Assembly (NCBI GenBank): GCA_951406725.2
Contig: OX597826.1
Span: 53,444,001 to 53,508,000 of the forward strand
DNA: 64,000 bases
Reading direction: 5' to 3'
DNA from: Octopus vulgaris
Lineage: Eukaryota
The notes beneath the pieces were generated by a model, which was not told the DNA's origin, ran no database searches, and saw only the letters and a program-made list of their open reading frames with translations. Position numbers and translations under genes: made by a program. Shown here piece after piece: positions 56,691-64,000 of this stretch (position 1 is its first letter; each line of letters opens with the position of its first letter).

Positions 56691-56900
56691 TCTATTATAT
56701 AAAATCCGTTCTGTCTGTCTGTTTGTGTGTCTTCTAGGATCTTGGGCATCCTCCATCCGATTGCGTTCAAATTTGATATGTAGATATCAACGGTGTCAGG
56801 GCATATATAAGCCTTGATAAAATTACAAAATTCGATTTCAGGTGAGAATGTGATTGATAAAGCCGTGGGAACGTGCATTTGTAAAATCGTTTTTCTTGGA
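56691..56900 (+). mobile_element. Helitron-like 5' fragment (second family)
   Basis: A|TCTATTATATAAAA..CTGTCTGTCTGTTTGTGTG start; no 3' end seen. Confidence 0.55.
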
Positions 56901-57295
56901 ATAGAATAAAAAAACTATCTTCATTTCTTCTTTTGCTGGTGTCTCAAATTTAGGTTAAATCAGTGTTTCTCAAAGGGGAGGCCTATGGGGGTGGTCAGAC
57001 AAGTTGTTTTGAGAAAATTTGGCTTAAATGTTTGACAACTCAGCACTGTCCAATGGACGGTGGAGCGTTTTGCTCGTATGGTATAAATGACTTGATGCCT
57101 TGCAACAGCCTCTTCATATCCTATTCCATTATACCTACATACTAGCTCGACTACTACATTGCCTATAGTTAATTATCACTTCTGTAGATCCTGTATCCTG
57201 GCAGTTAATATTTGAGTTTAGACACTTGGTTTGATCTGAGCACCTATTGTATGTGCCTATTTTATTATATGTCTTTTGACATTTTCCAATCCCAT

Positions 57296-57500
<205 letters not shown>

Positions 57501-58301
57501 ATATTGGTGTACAATGTTTTTCTCCAGGCACAACTCTATATTTCAAAAATTGCATGTTTTCCTTTGCTCTGTTTGGCTGCAATATTTTATGGTAGTACCT
57601 AATGGTATGAGACATGTTTTATTTGCGTTTGTTGAATACTGTTTATCATTGAACAGCCTGTAAAAAATTATAGCTGTTCAAACATAATATCGATGAAATA
57701 TAGAGCTTTGCTTCCCAAAGGACAAATGCAAAGAGAAAAATATAAAAAGCTTTTGTGTGGATTTTTTTTTTCAAAATTCAAGAGACATTCCATAATCTAA
57801 AATTGATTGGTTTCCCTCTTTTCTATCTTTTTTTTTTTATTGTAAAATAAAGGTATTGTGAAATGGATATCATGAAAACGAGTTGATGAAAATGATAGAC
57901 AGATAAAATATAAGACTAAAATTTCTGAACTGAACTGATGTTAAAATAATGAGCAAGAATAGTGAAATAAAAAAGAAAAAAGATGGTTGTGGTGGTGGTG
58001 GTCGTGGTGGAGATGATGGATTGGCAGTATTTGTCCTGATTCTTTATGTTCCAATTTCAAATCTAAGGTCAACTTTGTCTTTTGTTTATTCAGGATTGAT
58101 GAATAAAGTACCAGCCTAGTACTGGGATTGATGTAATTGACAAAACTCCCTCCCCTCAAAACTGTTGATCTGATTATAATCAGGAAGGTGTTGTAATTAT
58201 GATAAAAGAAAATAATTAGAACTCCCATCTCCAAACACTCAAAACAGCAGAAACAAACCAAGATGGTAATGTTATTATTCTGAATGATGTTGTGTACTTA
58301 C

Positions 58302-58414
58302 AGCGATATGTTTAGTCACTCCCCAACACTTGGTTTGATCAGATAAGTCACAGGATGTCATGAGTAGACAGAGTAACATTTTGTGATGCTTACGACTATT
58401 TTTATCGTACCCTT
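58302..58414 (-). CDS. PDE2A: PDE2A-like exon with metal-binding Asp
   Basis: TAG | (E)[37 protein letters not shown] | GTAAGT; 113 nt, completes the phase-1 codon; [11 protein letters not shown] is the PDE2 signature. Confidence 0.97.
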
Positions 58415-58611
58415 CTACAATAGAAAGAAAGACACAGAGATGTAACAGTTAGTCATTGAGGACATGGATGAACAAGAAATACAATAAAATTTTAGAAGCT
58501 ATCCAGAACAGAAATATTACGGGGCACTAAAAGTGCAGCTCAGCATTTTTAGCAGTCTAGTAGTGTATGAAATTTGTGAGCTGCCTACAAGTGTTCAGTT
58601 TTACAAGCATA

Positions 58612-59010
58612 TCTTTATATATAAAAGTAAGGTTGTGTGTCTGTCTCCCACGATTTAGATTCCTAACTACTCCCACATTTTGCGGTGCAGTTTAACCAAA
58701 ACCGGGTATCTTATAGTCGTGATTCATATCGAGCCTTTCTGGGTATTAGCGCGCGTCTACGATGAGTCTACGATTTAAAAAATAATTTACTATCATTTTT
58801 TTCCATTTTAATGCATTTTTTTCGCTATTATATAAGGGAAGTAACTCTCTAAAAATGTATACGATGAGTCAACGATTTAAAAAAAAATTTACCATCATTT
58901 TTTTCCCATTTTTAATGCATTTTTTGGCTATTTTTTGGCTATAACTCTCTAAAAATGCTTATATAGTTATTTCCCATACAAACCCGAGCAACGCCGGGCA
59001 ACACTGCTAG
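58612..59010 (+). mobile_element. Non-autonomous Helitron, copy 3
   Basis: A|TC...CCCGAGCAACGCCGGG..CTAG|T. Confidence 0.9.
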
Positions 59011-59151
59011 TTTTTTTATAAACTTCAAACAAAATCTCCATTTCACATAACAAGGATATTTTTTTTTAAACAAAGTACACACAAAAAACATACACACATA
59101 TGCACAAGCTGTTAGATGCACTGCTAAACTTATTCTTCACCATTATGCTTT

Positions 59152-59887
59152 TAACCCTTTTGATATCAGCCTATTGGTACTATGATACAAACTTCCTGTA
59201 TTAGAGTGATGTAAATTAAAAGCTTATGTTACAGCACATTTCAAATGCCAGCTTAATAATGGTTTCAAATTTTAGCATGAGGTCGGCAATTTTGGTGGAG
59301 GTGGTAAGTTGATTACATAAACCACAGCAAGGCCGGATTAAGACCCATTGAGGCCCTAAGCACTTAAGAGATTTTGGTGCCCCCATAAAAGATTATGTAA
59401 TTCAAAATGTAAACAATAACAAACTATAAAATAAATTTTTATTTTTCAAAATGAAACAAAACAGTAAGAGGGAAAATAAAGTTTATTTTTGTATACTTCC
59501 AATTAATTTATATTTGAAAAGTTTCCTCCTACTTTTTTGAATTGCAGAGTCTTTGATCAGATCCTCAAAAATTAATCTTAGGTAACACATCTCCATCTAT
59601 ACTTAGTAGAAATAAAGGCATCCTGAATATTATTTTAGAAAGTTTAAAGTGATTTCTTTTGTGCCATAAACCATTTACCATTTCTGTGGTGCTTATTTTG
59701 CTTAATGGTTAATGCAGAATGTGAAGATGAATGAAATGCTGCTAAACATTTCACCCAGTGTGCTAATGATTCTGCCAGCTTGCCGCCTTAAAGGCCAGCT
59801 AAATAATGACAAAATGTTTGACTTAATTCTTCATCAGTTGAAACAAAGGCAGAATGTTTCAATGGAAATATGGTAACAAAAAGTTAA
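59152..59887. mobile_element. Nested: piggyBac-like MITE > family B SINE (-) > hAT-like fragment (59328-59620)
   Basis: TTAACCCTTT start and AAAGTTAA end; split SINE B halves; CAAGGCCGGATTAAG TIR-like start. Confidence 0.6.
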
Positions 59888-59939
59888 GCAATGTTGATCC
59901 TAAGCAATGTCAACATCCCTAAAATTAGATAGCAATATG

Positions 59940-60252
59940 ATGTGACGTGACGTGATGTGACTGACCAGGCTATCAGATGTTGCTACACATTGCTGGTCAC
60001 AATGCGCTTCGCATTGTTTTAGTCTTCAAATGATGCCACCCTGCTGGCTAAGCGAGCAGGCCAACAGAAGAAAGAGTGAGAGAAAGTTGCGGTGAAAGAG
60101 TACAGCAGAGATCGCTCCCCCCCCCCCCGCGCTGCCGGAGCCTCGTGGAGCTATAGGTGTTTTCGCTCAATAAACACTCAGTCTGGGAATCAAAACTGTG
60201 ATCCTACGACTACGAGTCCGCTGCCCTAACCACTGGGCCATTGCGCCTCCAT
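59940..60252 (-). mobile_element. tRNA-derived SINE (family D-related)
   Basis: Minus strand GGAGGCGCAATGGCCCAGTGGTTAGGGCAGCGGACTCG head; (TCACG/TCACA)n tail. Confidence 0.8.
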
Positions 60253-61087
60253 AGATAGCAATATAAAAAATATTAAACAAGTAGATGAAACCAACTCGTA
60301 GATATATGATCGAGTATTAAGAGGGTCACTTCCTGTTTAATTTAACTGTTATTTTGTCACTGAGTGTACTTTACTAAATAAATATGCTATTTTTTTTATG
60401 CTCCATCCTTCTTGTTATTTCTGGATGATGTATTTGGTTTCAATCAGTCATTGGACTTGGCTCAGCTGGGACTTCAGCTTTTATTTTAATTTATTTCTTT
60501 TTAAGCTTTTCATCAGTTGTATTCAATACAAAAATATATACATTTTATGTAAAGGATTTGTTATTTTAGTTTTACATTCTTTTGCAATGTAAAATATTCA
60601 ATAAAGAAAATCTTTTCTATTTATCTATGTATCTAGGTTACTGTTCTGTTACAAATTACAAAAACGAGTAATTTTTGAAGACTTGACATACATACACATA
60701 CAAAACACACACAATAAAAAGGTGTGCATACTTGAGTAGAAAATCAATATACAAGCATGGATACACCTCCACATCAACACACACATATATATATATATAC
60801 ACACACACACAATCATGTACACAGACAGACAGACACACACACATACACAGATGGACAAAGAAAGACATGTGCTTAAGTGTGCAAGTCATTGAAAAGGATT
60901 CCCCAACACATACAGATACACATTTACAAGAACAATCAGTCAAACATACACAGGCTGACAGCTGAACTCAAAATGCTAGCTCTTTAATCAAGGAAATATG
61001 GTACAAGTTCATGTCTTAAACTAGCTTTCAAAAGCAGAGTAAAACTCGCCACCGATGGAAGTAGTGATAACAACTAGTGTACTATAC

Positions 61088-61187
61088 CTGTGACCATCTT
61101 TTCAAGATCTTTCAGAATCCGAAGGTGATGAGCCAAATCTGTGGCAAGGATAATGTCCCTCATCAAGTCTAACACTCTGGTGTATTG
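61088..61187 (-). CDS. PDE2A: PDE2A-like exon
   Basis: CAG | [33 protein letters not shown] + G | GTATAG; 100 nt; ILATDL motif of class I PDEs, near-identical to PDE2A. Confidence 0.96.
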
Positions 61188-61531
61188 CTGGCCAAATGAG
61201 AAAAACAACATATTAGAGGATCAGAAGAAATAATTATCACTATAACAAAGGCAGTGGTCTCCAGCATGGCCTTCATCATGATGGATGCAAATAAATTATA
61301 GAACTTTAGTACAAAAGGGTCACTTTAATGACAAAAAATGAAGCAGCTACACAAACAATGGTTGCCTATTTCCCTTATTAATTAAACTAGGCCTTAATTT
61401 AAAGTTGAGTGAGATACTCTATTGAAGTGTAGCTTACCATCAGAATTGAGTATGATCATCTACTCAATTCTCTGATAGTCTTAAAAACCAAAGCATGATT
61501 CTATTTCAGTTTGATTTATATTCTGTTTCAG

Positions 61532-61931
61532 CAGGCATGGCTATGTGGTTAAAAAAGCTCACTTTGCAACCACATGTTTTCAGGTTCAGTCCCACTGTGT
61601 GGCACTTTGGGCAAATGTTTTCTACTATAGCCCCAGGGTAACTAAAGTTTTGTGAGTCAACTTGGTACACAGAAACTGTGTGGAAAGTCACTGTATATAT
61701 ATATATATTTCTTTTTTCTTTTATTCTTTTATTTGTTTCAGTCATATGACTACAACCACGCTGCAGTACCACCTTTAGTCGAGCAAATCGACCCCAGGAC
61801 TTATTCTTTGTAAGCCTAGTATTTATTCAATAGGTTCTTTTACTGAACCGCTAAGTTACAGGTTCGTATATACACCAACATCGGTTGTCAAGTGATGGTG
61901 GTGGCGGTGAGACAAACACAGGCACATAAAC

Positions 61932-61982
<51 letters not shown>

Positions 61983-62325
61983 GCTTCTTTCAGTTTCTGC
62001 CACTCACAAGGCTTTGGTTGGCCCGAGGCTATAGTAGAAGACACTTGTCCAAGGTGCCGTGCAGTGAGACTGAACACAGAACTATGTGGTTGGGAAGTAA
62101 GCTACTTACCACACAGCCTCTCTCCTTACTTTATCTTATTTTTTCTTTCACCTTTTACTTGTTTCAGTTATTGAACTGTGCCCATGCTGGAGCACCACCT
62201 CGAACGGTGTAGTCAAACAAATCAACCATCTTATATATATGTATATATATATATATGTGTGTATGTGTGTGTGCATATGTTTGTGTGTCTGTGTTTGTCC
62301 TCCCAACATCACTTGACAACAGATG
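61532..62325. mobile_element. Family A SINE cluster: head(+) 61532-61700, full(-) 61722-62118, fragments 62155-62325
   Basis: Family A motifs in both orientations. Confidence 0.85.
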
Positions 62326-63224
62326 CAGTAATAAAAAAATAAAGAAATGAATCGTCAATTGGTGACCATTATGGAGCAAGTTATACAACTTGACCAGAAG
62401 GTGTCCCAGACAGAAATGCTGCAGAAATTGGGACATCCTCAATTTTAAATGTCTAGAATGCCCCTGGAGAAAAGAGAATTAGGGTAACCTATCAATCAAA
62501 TGCCAATGCAAATAGAAAAAGGCAAAGATATTCTTTTATATGTTTCAGGCCAAAGGTTATGGCCATGCTGGAGCACTGGCAAAGATGCTAGTATAGAGGG
62601 GTTATCACCTCAATGGTTCACAAGTGTTAGGTTCAGAGATATAAGAAAGAGGTCAACCCTACAAATAGGTGGCTGTTATATTGGAAATTAAGTCATAATA
62701 TTGGATGCAATAGGATTTGTGAAGATGGCATCAACAATGCTGACAAAAAACTGAGATGTACACCTGAGCCATTCTCTTAATCTCAAGACAAGCATAAATT
62801 GCAAAGATAGAATTAAAATAACTTATTATTGACAATGAATTGAAATCTTATAATTTATTGCCTTTTATGCCAATTTATTTTATTGTATTAGAATTTCAAT
62901 TACAAATCAATGCAAATACGTGGAATTGATTGCAATAAGTTTGGTAGAGAAATACTCTTTAGTGTCCTTTAGCTATCAAAGATAGTATCATTGAATTTTC
63001 TCATGCCCCATTATAGACAATAATGTAATTTCCTGCCAAGTGTTTCCTTATATGGTAGTTAGCCTTATGAAGTAAAAAAAAAGAGATCTTTGAAAAAAAT
63101 TTTTTGTTATTGCTACAATATGAAAAAAACTTTGTAAATGAGAGATGATAATAACTATGTTCACAGACTGTTAGAGCATATAATACAAATATAAACTGTA
63201 TAATAAAAAAGAAACCAACTATAC

Positions 63225-63299
63225 CTTGCTGGGTAAGTTTTCAAATATATTACAACCCTCTGTGTTCAAAATACACATTGATTGAGCAAAATGATGTCT
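63225..63299 (-). CDS. PDE2A: PDE2A-like phosphodiesterase, catalytic-domain exon (first exon in window; gene continues beyond 64000)
   Basis: Reverse strand: TTTCTAACAG | RHHFAQSMCILNTEGCNIFENLPSK | GTATAG; 75 nt, phase 0/0; matches PDE2A RHHFAQAIAILNTHGCNIF. Confidence 0.93.
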
Positions 63300-63737
63300 C
63301 TGTTAGAAATAAACAAAAGAGGAAATGTTCAGACCATTTTTGAAAATTTCTTTATATTGTATTTTACAACTAAAAACTATAAAGCAAAAATGAAGTATGA
63401 TGCCATTGTTATTTTATTATCATTATTTTACAACTGCTTTTTATGTCGGCATGGGGCTTGGAACTGTTAATAGGGTCTGAGTTAGTTCTTATTTTGAAAT
63501 GCTGCTCTCTTAGAAGGGTTAGCGGATCAGGTCTCACTTGTGCGTTTCATTCTTGGCTTGGTTTCAATGGCTGGAGCAAACACCACAAAACATTTTATCG
63601 AATATCTAATGACTCTGATGATTTATTGGTTTTTAACTATAAAATAATGAGGTGTGTGAATTGAGGTCGATTTGGGAAGCTTCCCTACACTTTCTTGATG
63701 AAGATCCACAGTATCATAAGATATAAAGAGGTCATCA

Positions 63738-63803
<66 letters not shown>

Positions 63804-64000
63804 TTCTCTTTGAAATGGGCTGCATTGAATAATGTAACCCAAGATATACCGTGAAGAGAAATAGAAGGAATACTTTTGATGATAAGTCTATTGAGTAAAC
63901 TTGCCTGGGTCTGAATAATGTATCAACCACTAGCTGCAATCTGATTTTGCCCCTTAAATATTTTAATGAAAATGGGGAATATAATATGTGGTATCTTAAG

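Noticed and set aside
63300-64000. Searched for the next upstream PDE2A exon (..SSEGSVME)
   Set aside because: No matching peptide with splice sites seen; presumably outside the window

Overview
AT-rich, microsatellite- and SINE-dense eukaryotic DNA. The repeat landscape looks like a coleoid cephalopod, probably Octopus (inference from repeat types, not from a search). The only host gene I can support is the 3' end of a cGMP-stimulated phosphodiesterase (PDE2A-like) on the minus strand. It has five spliceable coding exons (63299-63225, 61187-61088, 58414-58302, 55298-55153, 52655-52481) that join in frame and end at a TAG; none appear in the ORF track. Downstream lies a long transposon-poor tract, U-rich on the sense strand, that may be a very long 3'UTR. 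The rest is mobile-element debris: a Helitron Rep remnant and non-autonomous Helitrons, a Penelope-like GIY-YIG remnant, pLTR-like relics carrying degenerate minimal hammerhead-ribozyme folds, RTE/BovB and R4/Dong-like LINE tails, several tRNA-derived SINE families, piggyBac/hAT/mariner-like MITEs and long foldback palindromes. Nearly all listed ORFs are microsatellite or SINE artefacts. All translations and alignments were done by eye. Exon, TSD and hairpin coordinates are exact; diverged repeat boundaries are approximate.
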